DNA from: Felis catus
Lineage: Eukaryota
DNA length: 64,000 nucleotides
Direction of reading: 5' to 3'
Assembly: GCF_018350175.1 (NCBI RefSeq)
Contig: NC_058368.1
Coordinates: forward strand, 41,976,001 to 42,040,000
In this document: positions 39,587 to 51,549 of the stretch, in pieces
Position numbering within the stretch: position 1 is the first letter of the stretch
Layout: each line of letters starts with the position of its first letter
The notes under the pieces: model-generated
What the model saw: the letters and a program-made list of their open reading frames with translations, nothing else
Told to the model about the DNA's origin: nothing
Databases searched by the model: none
Translations under genes and position numbers: made by a program

Positions 39587-40619
39587 TGGAGATGAGTAGA
39601 TATATATTTGGTTTATAATCTCGATGATTCTACTCTAGAAAGCTTTCTGCCCTCTCTGATTTTGAGGTGAAAATAGATAACAATAGATAAGTTTTGAGGT
39701 TAGGTTTAGAAAAATATATTTAATAAAGCAAAATTTTAAAGTGTCATAGGATTAAAAGGGCAATAAAATTATTTTTTTAAGTTCCTGAGTTTTTGGCAAC
39801 CTCCTCCCCCTTAAACTCAAATCATAGTAGGACTGATTACCTTTTATTTATAACATTCCCTAAGGATCTCTACATTCATTAACTTAGGGCTCCCTATGCC
39901 AGGATCACCATGAATGGATTATAAAAATCCCATGGGGAAATGAACACAACAGGTAACAATATAAAACTTCTGAACAATTTTCTTTGAGTTTATATAATTA
40001 GCTCAACCCAGGCTACTTACAAAAACATATAAATACAGTTCATAAAACTATTTAATACAATACTATACCAAAAATGTCAAATTCATGCTTAATTTAATTC
40101 TCAAAGCATATTATTGTTAGTGATTTTTTCCCCCCTGCAGGTTAGTAGTAGCACAAATTCTTAGGATTGGAATTTGGATTTAATTATATTTTTTTCTGAG
40201 TTTTTTAAAGTCTTTTTTTACTTTACTAGTTTTTCTTTTCTCCCCAAAATGACAGTCTGTGTCTTGTGCCCAAATATTTTAAATTTTAAATATTTCTTAG
40301 CATATAAACTGATGGGGAAAATATTTTAATGTAAAATTTTACTAGATACAACAAATATGTATGCATTAAGAATGAATTTTTTCTCAGCTCTATATCAGGT
40401 GCCTTCCATTTATGTCACCTCATCACCAAATGAAAATATAATTTTGAATACATTATGAAAATTGTGAAAAATATAGACAATTAAAAAGAAGAAATCAGTG
40501 CTCCAAGCTAAAGATAATCACAGTTAACATGGTGTAATTCTCTCTAGTTTTTGTTTGTTTATTCATTTTTATCTTGATAAACACTTTCAATTTGTCTGAT
40601 TATGTTTCTGAAATATTGA

Positions 40620-40780
40620 TTTATTCATTCAGTCAACAAATATACATGGCTGGCCTACTCTAGGCCAGGTTCTGTTATGCAAAGAGAATATAAAGGTAAG
40701 CAAATTGTCCTTACTGATTAAAGGGAGAGACGGTTGTTAATCAAATAATCATACAGGTTTGCTCTGAGGAGAGAGTATAA
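40620..40780 (-). mobile_element. L2 3' end fragment
   Basis: ttcattcagtcaacaaata...gcctactctaggccaggttctgtt...ttaatcaaataatcataca. Confidence 0.65.
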
Positions 40781-41381
40781 GGGTCTTGAAAAGGAAAAAT
40801 TTTTCCATCGAAAAAAACAGTAAACAAGAGTTGGCATATATGAGTTCACTCACAAGCTGTGTAACTATAGGCAAAGCCTTCCCTTTTCATGACTCTTTTA
40901 TGAAAATATTTTATACGGTATGATATGCAGGGTTTTATGAAGCACTAAATTGTCATTAGCCCAATGTCAAAAAAACCAACAACCCTACAAACGAAAAACT
41001 ACCAGAGGAGATCTTTCACAAGTTGTTCTCTATCAGACCATTCAATAAACTTATCTTCTTAAGATTCAATTTCTCAAATTTTCTCTTAAAAATAAGATTA
41101 GTGTTGACAAGAGCTCCAACATGAGAGCAGAAAGGTGAGTCCAACTTCACATCAACCAGATCCCTAAAGTCCACCCAGAAGCATGGAAAGTTTTCTCCAA
41201 CAGCCTGAGAAGGAACATTTTTACAGGGTCTAGTGAGTACATGAGGCTTGAGGCAGCCAGAAAGAAATAAAAAAAGTAAAAAGTAAAAAATAAAAAATAT
41301 ATATTTACATTAAAATATAAAAATTAAAAATATATGTTTAATACAAATTAAAATATAAAAATTTAAATATACATATACATA

Positions 41382-41390
41382 TGTGTGTGT

Positions 41391-41426
<36 letters not shown>
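41382..41426. repeat. (TG)n-(AC)17 compound microsatellite
   Basis: tgtgtgtgtgtacacacac..., self-complementary around gtac. Confidence 0.95.
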
Positions 41427-41428
<2 letters not shown>

Positions 41429-41514
41429 ATATATAATATTAGTGTCCTAGAATTTAAAGCTCAATGTCAGTGATGACACTGCCATAAAATATGTGTAACT
41501 GAAGGTAGTTTCTC

Positions 41515-41732
41515 TGAATAGTAAGAGCATAAGCTGTTGAGTCAGGCACTCCTAAAGTTCACATTCTGCTTCAGCTACTTGCTAAGTAGCTTTAGACAAA
41601 TAACTTTAAGTTTCTGAATTTATTCAGTTGACTTATAATACTATCTAACTTGTATTATTGGTGTGGGATCATAAGCAATATATTAAAACATTTACTGGCA
41701 TTCCTGACTCATAAGTAGACCGAATAAATATT
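41515..41732 (+). mobile_element. MIR SINE
   Basis: gtaagagcataagctgttgagtcaggca...ttctgcttcagctacttgcta...tttagacaaataacttta...cctgactcataagtagaccgaataaatatt. Confidence 0.65.
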
Positions 41733-42779
41733 ACCCATCGCATAAATATCCTCAAGTATCAAAATTATCCTTAGTGAAAAGTTCACCAACTGATTCACAT
41801 ACAGTCCAGGTAGAATCAGGAGCATATGAACAGATAGGGCTTTAATAAAGTAAATACAATCTGCAATTTTGCACATGATTAAACAGCAGAAAATCCTTTA
41901 AAGTGACATTTAAAAGAAATGCCAGATATGAAAATGACTCTATTCATGATTCTCAATGGGACAAGATTAAGCCTTTATTCTGAATTAGTAGTAATAAGCT
42001 CTTCCTGATCTGATCACATAATTGTTTTTGTTTGTTTTTAAATTAGTGAGATTGTTTCATCAGTCTAGTTACAGTTGTTTAAATAGCAACCTTCAACTGA
42101 AAATCCCCTTAACTATTTTCTTAGAAGTAGTGATTTTATCAAATTATACTTGGAGTGTATGATAACATTAATGAGTTAACTTCTTAAGGAAATATTATTT
42201 ACTCTGCTATTTGAGAATAGTATAAATTTCTATACGCAGAAAAGGTGACAAAATTCTGTGCAAGAAATTCGGCATGTGAGTGTATTATTTGTGGCATAGT
42301 TGACCAAGTATGCTTTAGGACTCAGATGTGCCTAGAACACAGAGATACCATCTATTTGGTTGCCGTAGGACGCTTGTCATGCCCTGTCCTTAAATTCCCC
42401 CTGGGTGTCATACAAACAGAGCAGGGCTGAAGTTACTGCCTAATGATTTTATTGCTATATTCTAAAGAGAACTTTTCAAAGACTTTATATTACTCAAAAG
42501 GACTTTAATGGAGGCATATACCAATTTACATTCTGGTTTTCTAAATACAAATGTAATTACTGAAAATCTCTGTCTAATTGCTATTTCACCATTTGAAATG
42601 TACTTCGATGTATAAAATATGCTTGCTATATACAAAACCATCTGGCTATAGTTTTGTAAAATACACTATATCTTTGGATCAAAACAATTAATAGAAAAAG
42701 GAAGAACATGTATATTTCACATATTGACTCTGACCTTTATATCACTCTCTCACTGTATACTTAAACTCTGTATTTGAGG

Positions 42780-43330
42780 AATTTTAAAACTTTTCAAAAA
42801 TTAGAGACAACAGTATAATAAAGCTCCCTACAGCCATTATCCAACCTCAACAACCACTAACATTTCATTGTTTAATTCCTGTCATCACTCTCATCATTAT
42901 CATCATTATTAGTATTTTGTTGGAGTATTATTAAAACAAATTCTAAACATCAAACTGTTTCTCCATTAAATTCACAATCTATCACTACCAATAAGGATTT
43001 TCTTTTAATAAAACTACAATTCCATTATCACATCTAACAAAATAAATAATTCTTGATATCATTTAAAACCCAACACATACTCATAAATCTGCAATTGTCA
43101 TAAAAATTCTTTTATGACACTGAAAAAAGAAACAAACTCACTGGTCACCACTGGAGGCTTCTAGGGCACCAATTCACTTTATAAATTAATAAACTAATCA
43201 AGTATATATCTTAGATTTCCTGTGAGAACTGAATTTCATGTGGTAATCAATGATTAATGGGGTTGGAGTTATTCACCATACGTTTTTTTAAAACCACTTC
43301 ATTAAAAGGGAATAATTGATTTTACTTATC
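42780..43330. mobile_element. Old L1MC-like 3' fragments
   Basis: Diverged motifs ccattatcacatctaacaaaataaataattcttgatatcat (minus orientation) and ggtcaccactggaggcttctagggcaccaattcact (plus orientation). Confidence 0.55.
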
Positions 43331-43615
43331 ACTTTTATATCCACCTACTATAAAATTTAAAAGCATGCTCTCAAATTGTTTTAGCAATAAACACAAATAT
43401 CATCTTACACAATTATTTATGAAAATAATTTTGAAGTATACATATATTTTTTTCTTCTTGTACATATCCCTTTACCTACCCCAGCCTATTCATACAGGTT
43501 TTGGTATGCATTGCATAGATGAAGATGAAACAGGGTAGAGAATAGTAAAAGCATCAGTTATTTTGCAAAATCCTAAACCTACCATGGTGGTTATTTTTTT
43601 CAATAGCTACTAAGC

Positions 43616-43642
43616 AAAAAAAAAAAAAAAAAAAAAAAAAAA
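43616..43642 (+). repeat. Poly(A)27 tract (U27 in the PCDH9 pre-mRNA)
   Basis: Seen directly. Confidence 0.95.
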
Positions 43643-43659
43643 GGAGAGAGATTGGGGGG

Positions 43660-44275
43660 ATTGTGTCTTTGTGGAAAACTATCAAGAAATATAGTGGGGA
43701 TCTCCAACTCCAGACATTAAAAACATTAACTTAGCCTGGCTAGGAAGGAAAGGGACGAAAAGAAATAGTAATAGAGGGAGAGACTTTACATGTGCTTGTT
43801 GGGCAGAACTCTGAAAAACCTAAAGGATTAGGATTAGACAGACCTGAGTCAGAGTCCAGGGAGGCAGGAAGATCCTAGAGGGTGATAAACATACCACACA
43901 TCTAGGCACTATGGGCCAGAGATAGCCACGTGCAAACTCTTTGCCCATCAGTGGCATGAAGAAAATGGCAGTAATCCTGAAGGAGCCAGGAGGACTGGGG
44001 CGAAGGCAGTATCATTTGAGACCCATGTGGACACATAAGACAATGGGCATCTCAGTAGACATGTAAGTGGGTGGATGTCCCAGGGACCAGAATATTTCAG
44101 CTTTTTTCAGCATGATGTAGAGCCTGTGAAATTGAGGGGGAAAGAAAAGTAAAGTCTCTGCCACACTAGTGAAATGTGGGCTTGAATTTTTTTTTCAATG
44201 TGAGAAAAAAAGAAAGTTGTATGTCCAGCACATCTAAATTATTGGCATGAGTCATATCTGATAAATAAAGATTAC
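43660..44275 (+). mobile_element. Possible ancient LTR fragment, family unassigned
   Basis: Purine-rich, GC-elevated block ending near aataaa. The evidence is composition only. Confidence 0.3.
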
Positions 44276-45879
44276 TGTAGATTTTACACAATATTATTTA
44301 CAAAAACCATAAACTATAGCGTAATTTGCAAACCTTATTTTTGGCACTGTATGTAAAGACCTTCATACTTTCTTCACCTTTTTCAAAATTCATGAGCTTC
44401 ATATAATATAAAATTTATGATGCCAACAAACCCAAAGTATAAAATTGGAAGGAAAAAATATTGTACATCGTGTGTGTGTTTAGAAGCAAGACTCTATATT
44501 AAAGCCCAATGTTTCCAAAAATCTCCCCCATAAGATACCATTTTCATTAATTTCTTTTAAAATATATAATGAAAAAAAGTTACTTTTTACTACTAATCTT
44601 TAAAGATTTATTTTTATTGAGAAGCTTAATATTTGGGAAAAAAAGGTATCCATACAGATTTGATACTTAATAACTCTACAGATAATACCTACATTCATGA
44701 TTTATATGAAGATAGCATGGTTACTACAAAATCTTAGCTCTTCAAGAATTATCACACCACAGACCGAAAATCCCACTGAAGACAAAAAATACAGTTTAGA
44801 TCTAAATAGCAAGATTATTACTATTGAAGATTAGTGCTTCAATTATTCTATACCTCACTTCACAAATTCCTCAAAGTTAATTACAAAATGCGACTACAGA
44901 ATTTTCAGATAATATATCATAATACTATCCTAATATGAATTACCATTTAGTTATGAATCTCTTAATATTTCTAGGCTATTCTAATTAATTCTGTTCTAGA
45001 CATTTACAAAGGAAGTTAATATTTTAAGTCCCATTAAATATCAAAAGCATAGTTGGCCTCCAGGGGCCCTCAGGGCTCCTCCTTTCCCTATCCGCCTATT
45101 TTCTTCTTTTCTAAAGATAAATAAGGATGCTGTCTCCACCAAGGAGCACTGTTCAGTTTAACACATTTTATTGACTATGATTCTCGCGGGTGGAGTCACT
45201 TTGTTGAGTTGAATGTTGCAGTGTGCAAGGGTGCATCATCCCTTGGCTTTCTTTTTCCATGTGACTGGATTGGTAAAAACTCTGGGGGCCTCTTCAAGCT
45301 TAAAAGGGACTTATTTGGAGGGGGGGTGCTTTAGAATCTCTTCTGCCTTCTCCCATTTGGCAGCTCATTTAGTGCTATTGCCCTGGTCTAAGGAGTCATT
45401 GGGTGAGTAGCTACACATTTTGGATAAAGTTCTGGCCTAAGGTACCTTAGGTTAACCATATTTCTGTATGCCTTTTTCCCCCCTTTACTTCTGTAAAAAC
45501 AAACAAAAGAAACAAACAAATGAAAAATCTTTGGTGAATTGTATAGACAAGGCTTAAAAGTATCTGCTCTAAATGGAGTCTTAGCTTTAGCTAAGGCCTG
45601 AAGATAAGAGAATCCAACCATTCCCATATCCAGAAGAGGAAGCCAAGAACCAGTTTTGGTACTCTTAGCTTAATGCCAATAAGAAATGTTTCAAAACTGG
45701 GAAGAGGGAAGTTGGAAACCAGGAAATCAGCTTAGAAAGAGCTATCCTACCTATGTCACCATTTCATACAAGTCCAGGAAAGGATAATTCAGTGCAACCA
45801 CTTCGATTCAGTGGTACTTTAGAGACTAATCAAAACCAAGAAATCTAAGGCGGACAGTGGGCCAGTCTACCAAATGCTG

Positions 45880-46715
45880 TATAATGAGAAGTTGCCTCTT
45901 TGCATATGGCCTGCCCCTCTGGGTATGTGAAGTAAAAAGATGCACTTATGTTTTACTTATAGGTGAACATATATAATATGAAAGATTAAAAACCAGAGCT
46001 GGTGTGTAATTCACTTAGGTCTTCCTAAGTGGGAGTAGGGAGAAACTGTAGCAGAAAGAAGATGCGAAGGTAACTACACAGGCCAAAGAGAAGAAAGACA
46101 TCAGAGAGACATGGAGAAATGGATGCACAGCTTGGGAGGGGGCAGGTAATACGTACAAAAGATCCCCACCACCACCCTGGAAACAGAGTCCGTTTAAAAT
46201 CCTAGAAGTCAGAGACCACCAACACCAGGACTAGTTATGAAGGCCTTTTTGTGCTTTTTGGCCTCTCCTCGGTATTCCACTTCAACCATAGAACTGCCAG
46301 AGGCACATTAATGTCTACAGCTGGAGAAGAGAAGTAGCTAGCAAATTAGGGAAAACTCACCCCAACCCCATCTCTCACCATAGGCGACCAGTTTGATGCA
46401 GGTTCAAGATGAGTTTGAAAACAGTTTTAACTTAAATTGAATAGAAATCATGGTCATTTCTCTGGACTGGACATAATTATTAAATCAGACTTTTAACTTT
46501 TTAATAGAAGTGAGCTAGTCAGTGATGTTTTCTAATAACAGTAAATAGCATCACCAAAATGGTACAGCACTTGCCAAAATTTCCTCCAAAGACAAAGAAA
46601 GAAGGAACTTCAAGGGGCTTATTTTGAAGGGGCAGTGATTTCTGAGGTGGGGTATGAATCTGTGGAGAATAAAGCCATTTGCCAATTCCATCCCACTCTT
46701 TCTACTTGTTCAATG
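45880..46715 (+). mobile_element. Possible ancient LTR fragment, family unassigned
   Basis: GC-elevated purine-rich block with aataaagccatt near 46668. The evidence is composition only. Confidence 0.3.
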
Positions 46716-47020
46716 CATTGTTTAAAAACATACCCAACAATTGAAACACACAAAAAAAGTAAAACCCCAAAATCATTATCACCCTCTTCACACTTGTTTT
46801 AATCAATCACCATTGTATCTTTTAAAAAAAAAAAAGCCTTTGGAAAACAGCATTCCACAGAACAAGAAGCGCAGTAGACTTTAAATATTTTGAATACAAC
46901 AACAATAAAGCCAGCAGAAAACAACCGAATGTCCGTGTACTTCCTTCCCCCAATCACTGTTAAAACTCGAGCGCACACAACAGCAAGCCAGAACTCCAAG
47001 CAGTCAGAATTGACAAGGGG

Positions 47021-47026
47021 ACTCAC
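47021..47026 (-). promoter_or_regulatory. 5' splice donor GTGAGT of the PCDH9 exon
   Basis: Plus strand actcac corresponds to minus CTG|GTGAGT, a near-consensus donor. Confidence 0.92.
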
Positions 47027-47228
47027 CAGAGTTGGGGTCGGAGTTGCCATCTGCTTCGGTCCTCTTGTCCGGAGAGGCCTGGTCGTAGAACTCGTCCTGT
47101 GGCTGAACCAGAGGAAGAGGGTGTGAGATCAGGGTTCCACTACCCACCGGCTCGTGGTCGCCTAGACCACTGTCACTGCAGCTTTCCTGGGAGCCGTCGG
47201 GGAGGTGAAACGTAACGCGGCGCTGCGA
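47027..47228 (-). CDS. PCDH9: Protocadherin-9 internal coding exon (cytoplasmic tail, CM3 and CM1 motifs), 202 nt, phase 0 in / phase 1 out
   Basis: Minus strand reads tcttctttgtag|TCGCAGCGCCGCGTTACGTTT...CCCAACTCTG|gtgagt. Translation [67 protein letters not shown] matches the PCDH9 tail as I recall it. There are 67 codons plus 1 nt with no stops, and a local GC/CpG peak. Confidence 0.97.
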
Positions 47229-47262
47229 CTACAAAGAAGACCACAGGACACGCCAATTAACA
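47229..47262 (-). promoter_or_regulatory. 3' splice site of the PCDH9 exon: branch point, pyrimidine tract and AG
   Basis: Minus strand tgTTAAttggcgtgtcctgtggtcttctttgtAG. Candidate branch A at 47257 (-29), with no intervening AG. Confidence 0.85.
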
Positions 47263-47541
47263 CTCCTCTCAGGTAAAATGGGTGCAGCGGAACACAACAG
47301 CAAAACAACTTTCAACAGATGACACAATGTAAACGAAAACATAAAACTGGGAACAAAGCTAGGAACAAACTTTATCATTTGCTATTTGCTACGTAATGTC
47401 CAACTTGCAAAACACAAGAAGGAATTTCGGTCTTGTTTAATTTAAGAACAAAAAAACTAAGGGCAAATTGTCAAAATGATAGCAAGAAAGACATATATAT
47501 GTATATATATATATATATTAATATGTAAAATATTAATATAC

Positions 47542-47747
47542 TAATATCTGAAATGTAGTTCTAATACAGAAAGAAAAAAGCTGCTATTTTTAATTTTACT
47601 TTTTTATATATTATACTCTCATGTGAATTTAACCCTTTAGAGAAAACCAATAATACAAGGATTTTCTGTTTCAATATGCCCATAACTAATCAGTATCCTT
47701 TTGTGATAAACGCAGTATTAAGGACAATGACCAGGCCACCCATTATA
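47542..47747 (+). repeat. Local direct duplication, copy 1 (paired with 48825-49035)
   Basis: Shared core aaccctt(t)agagaaaaccaata...caaggattttctgtttcaatatgccc...tatccttttgtgataaac(g/a)cagtattaaggacaatgaccaggc..cccattata. Confidence 0.93.
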
Positions 47748-48524
47748 AAACAAAAACAAAAACAAAAAAAAACTTGAAATAAGCAGAAATATGAAAATAT
47801 TTGTTCCATAGATCTGAATAAAATACATACATAATGTGACATTCCATTTCTTTTGAGTGAACAGGCATTTTGTTTACCTAATGATTTTAAGGTAGTTTTT
47901 GCAATGAAGTCATTATTGCCACTGGCTCAGATATTACTACCAGTCATTGGCTATAGAACATTCCAGCAGAAAGATGTTTGGAATATTATTTTGGCATCTG
48001 TTTGTACATGTCACTGTCAGAAGTGACCTAAAATATGTAGATGGCTACTTCAATAAATTTTAATGTTTTAATAAAATAAAAGTGTGCATTTCAGCACAGA
48101 TTGTTGCTTAGTACTCTTGGTAAATATTCTTTCAGCTGATGTAATCCACAAGATATGGGAATACTTACAGCAGTGTGGGGTGGAGATTTATGACTTTTGG
48201 AATTATATGAGAGTAGTAAATTTGTGCTGTATGTCTGAGTGCACTTAATTTTCATTCTGCTCTAACAGCCAAAAGACCTTTCAATATCATGTCACATGTG
48301 ACCACTCTTACTCATATTTAATAAAACTATGATTATATAAATAATAAAGTATATAAAATATAAATGTATAATGTATAATCACTTTATAATACCTAAAACT
48401 TGAGTGTTTTTCCAGAAGATGATTTATAGATTGTATCCGTTTCAAAGAAAAAAGAATGCAATTAGACACAAAATGCTATAGATATACTGCTACTCTATAA
48501 ATGCATTTTTATAGACAACAATAG

Positions 48525-48718
48525 AACATAGTCTATTTCCTATGAGTCACTGGTTCAAATCCAGCTCAGAGTCATAATGGAGAAGAGCTGATACCCCTTT
48601 ATTGCTGTTCAATGACCTGTGTGAAATGATTTGATAGTTCAGTACATTTTTAATGAACTGATGCCGACATCACATAAACTATACTCATAAATGGTACTAA
48701 TTGAGTCTATTGTAGCAC
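48525..48718 (+). mobile_element. LF-SINE (LFSINE_Vert)-like ancient SINE relic
   Basis: gtcactggttcaaatccagctcag with Pol III B-box GGTTCAAATCC (48552-48562), then gctgttcaatgacctgtgtgaaatga, acatcacataaac and aatggtactaattg, colinear with the LF-SINE consensus as recalled. Confidence 0.78.
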
Positions 48719-48824
48719 ATTCACCTTCATGCACAACTATCTCGGTACCATCAAACCCCCCCCAATAGATTTTGAAATGTGCCTAGGTGAATGCTACATG
48801 AAAATACCAGTCAAACTTGAATAT

Positions 48825-49035
48825 TAATATCTGAGATGTATTTCTTCTTGTACAGAAAGAAAGATGTGGCTATTTTTAATTTTTTTTATTATACTGTTCC
48901 TCTCTCGTGCGAAATTAACCCTTAGAGAAAACCAATACAAGGATTTTCTGTTTCTGTTTCAATATGCCCTTAACTGATCAATATCCTTTTGTGATAAACA
49001 CAGTATTAAGGACAATGACCAGGCTGCCCATTATA
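48825..49035 (+). repeat. Local direct duplication, copy 2 (paired with 47542-47747)
   Basis: Same shared core as copy 1. Confidence 0.93.
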
Positions 49036-49105
49036 CATGACTCTCAAACATATCTTTTTAAAGTGATTGGCCTAACAAGTACAAACCACCAAAAAATAAT
49101 AATAA

Positions 49106-49108
<3 letters not shown>

Positions 49109-49146
<38 letters not shown>

Positions 49147-49147
49147 A
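49109..49147. repeat. (AAAT)n microsatellite
   Basis: Seen directly. Confidence 0.9.
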
Positions 49148-50019
49148 GTGGCCTACTAAAATGTCTGTAGTTTCAGTGATTAAACTATCTTTGGTACTAT
49201 CTCTGGAGGAATACTTCTTACTTATAACTCAGCTAAATGTAAAACAAGTCAAATATCAGAGAAAGACAATGGGACACATTCTTCAGTCTTTATAAGGCAT
49301 TTCCAGGCCTTATAAGCCATTATAAAGTATATGTTTCATAGAAGAAAAATGGAAATTTTCCATCTATGATCTTCTAAGCATAATAATACTGCTTTAATTA
49401 CTATATTTTTTTCTCCTAAGAAATGTCCAAATCGGCAACACCAGTAATACCTGAACCCAGCAGTTCTTACAGTACTATAATTTCACTGAGAATTAGAAGA
49501 AAATTATTTCAAATATACCTCACATATATTATATTATATTTCTTTACCACTTTATAAGTGAGAATAAGCAAAGTTAGAAATCTAGCATAATTTATTTGTA
49601 ATGACAGTGTAAATTACAGTGATATAATGCTTAAACTACTGTGGCTTATGGAAATATTTCCTAATTAATTTGACTCAAAGATGTTTAAGTCTTAATTGGC
49701 AAAAGTGTGCACAATTTATCAGTCTAATGGGAAGTGGGGGTGGTAATGCATGCGGACTAAGAACTGGAACACAGATATTATGGTATGAAGCAAATTGATC
49801 AAGCAAATCTATCTTTAATTTATCATCATAATGATTGATGCAGGTACAACAATGTCTGAAATTTCAAGGTAGATATAAGGAAAGGATCTGAATAGACTGA
49901 AATGAAGGAAAACAAGGATTCATGAAGTGTTAAGAATTAGGAGTTGTAGGTGTCATCAAGGACTCAACAATACTTGCTCAGCTGTTGCACAACAGGACCA
50001 GGTGAAGAAGCCAGAACCA

Positions 50020-50186
50020 GACCTCTTGGCCAGGAGTCCTTGCTCTGCAGAGAATGGCCCAAGGCAAGTGACTTTACCTCTTTGAATGAGTTCCTGGCTT
50101 TGTAAAACGGACAAAATAGTGCCAAGAAGCCTTGCTGGTTTATAAAACTTGACACATAGTAGGTACTCAATAAAAAGTAGTTATCA
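50020..50186 (+). mobile_element. MIR SINE fragment
   Basis: ggcaagtgactttacctctttga...tgtaaaacgg...cttgacacatagtaggtactcaataaa. Confidence 0.7.
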
Positions 50187-50412
50187 ATCTTGAAATTTAG
50201 AGCTGCATATTCTCTTTTAATGCCTAGGGCCAAGCTGTTTTAAAGATGTGATTCCTTCACCACTGGGGGGAAAAAAAAGTATTGTCCTTTTGTAGGGGAA
50301 CTGCCTGCACCCCATAACCTTGGCATGCCTCCTAAATTGTACATCATGGCAGCTCAGAGCCTTTCTGAGGGGAAGCTGTTTTCATGGAAGCCATAGATGA
50401 AGACCAACAGTT

Positions 50413-50637
50413 AATTTTTTTTTAATGTTTATTTATCTTTGAGAGAGAGACAGAGCATGAGCAGAGGGGGGCAGAGATAGAGGGAGACACAGAATCCGAA
50501 GCAGGCTCCAGGCTCTGAGCTGCCAGCACAGAGCCCTATGCAGGGCTTAAACCCACGAACCATGAGATCATGAGATCATGACATCATGACCCCAGCCAAA
50601 GTCGGACGCTCAACCGACTGAGCCACCCAGGCGCCCC
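50413..50637 (-). mobile_element. Can-SINE with an internal 8-bp tandem expansion
   Basis: Full body. TSD aagaccaacagtt (50400-50412 / 50639-50651). Expansion catgagat-catgagat-catgacat-catgac at 50561-50590. Confidence 0.96.
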
Positions 50638-51549
50638 AAAGACCAACAGTTTAGAATACATGGTTTCTCCTTTAAAAAAGTGAAGGTTTTCCCCATTATC
50701 CTTTCAAAAAACCTATAATTGTTTGCACATTCAAAAAAGAGGAAGAGGATAAGCTATTACTTACTGCCTCTGGGAATTCTGCTTCTGGGTTATCCCCATG
50801 GAAATATACCCAATTTGCGTTATAAATACAGTGAAGTGCTGCCTGACTGAATTGGGACAACATATGTTATCATGAGACTACTTCAGATTTTCCAAAGGCT
50901 TCGCACTCTTGTTTTCCTAAAATCTAGTTCCTATCCATTCCGTTTTCTCCCATGGTAAACATTATTATTATTATTGGCTATGTCTTGTTAACGGTTTGAA
51001 TGTCACATTTGTTTATCTGATGTATCACTAACAAGTTAGCTCTAGGTCCCTGGCTGCCCTGAGAAAGAATAAGATGGGAACGAGTAACTACTAAAGCTGC
51101 TTCATGTTATTTTATCTCAGGGCTGCTGATATGAATTCTAACCATGTGAAACTTTCATCAGAAATTCTGTACTCTACACAAGCATAAAGGGCCATGCATA
51201 CAAATAAAGGTTCAGGATGCTGCAAGTCAGAAGAGGCCACACTGGTTTAATTTAAGAAACATCACCAAACACTTTCACTATATTTTTTCGTGTAGATTAG
51301 TAGAGAGGAAAGGGAGGGAAAATTCAAGATGCTCAGGTAAGATACACATGTTCCTATATTGGGCACTGTTCTTCAAGAGTTGCTAAAAGAATGAGTCATC
51401 TATGAAATCTCAACCATTGCTTGAATGCTTCTCTTGTGCATTTCTTACTGGTACAGAATATTATTCTATTCACCAATGAATGACTCACATTCAAGTCTAC
51501 AATCCCAGTCCCTTTAACCTACAGGGATTCCTAGGTGCAAAGATTTGGT

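Noticed and set aside
46799..47126. ORF-track entries 46799..47050(-) and 46890..47126(+) overlapping the exon
   Set aside because: They are in the wrong frame or strand relative to the PCDH9 reading frame and have no recognisable protein similarity.
49290..49315. 9-bp inverted repeat ttataaggc...gccttataa
   Set aside because: It is short and AT-rich, and expected by chance at this window size.
37348..50412. 13-kb Can-SINE-free zone around the exon
   Set aside because: With about 20 insertions in 64 kb, the expected largest random gap is roughly 11 kb, so this is not convincing evidence of exclusion.
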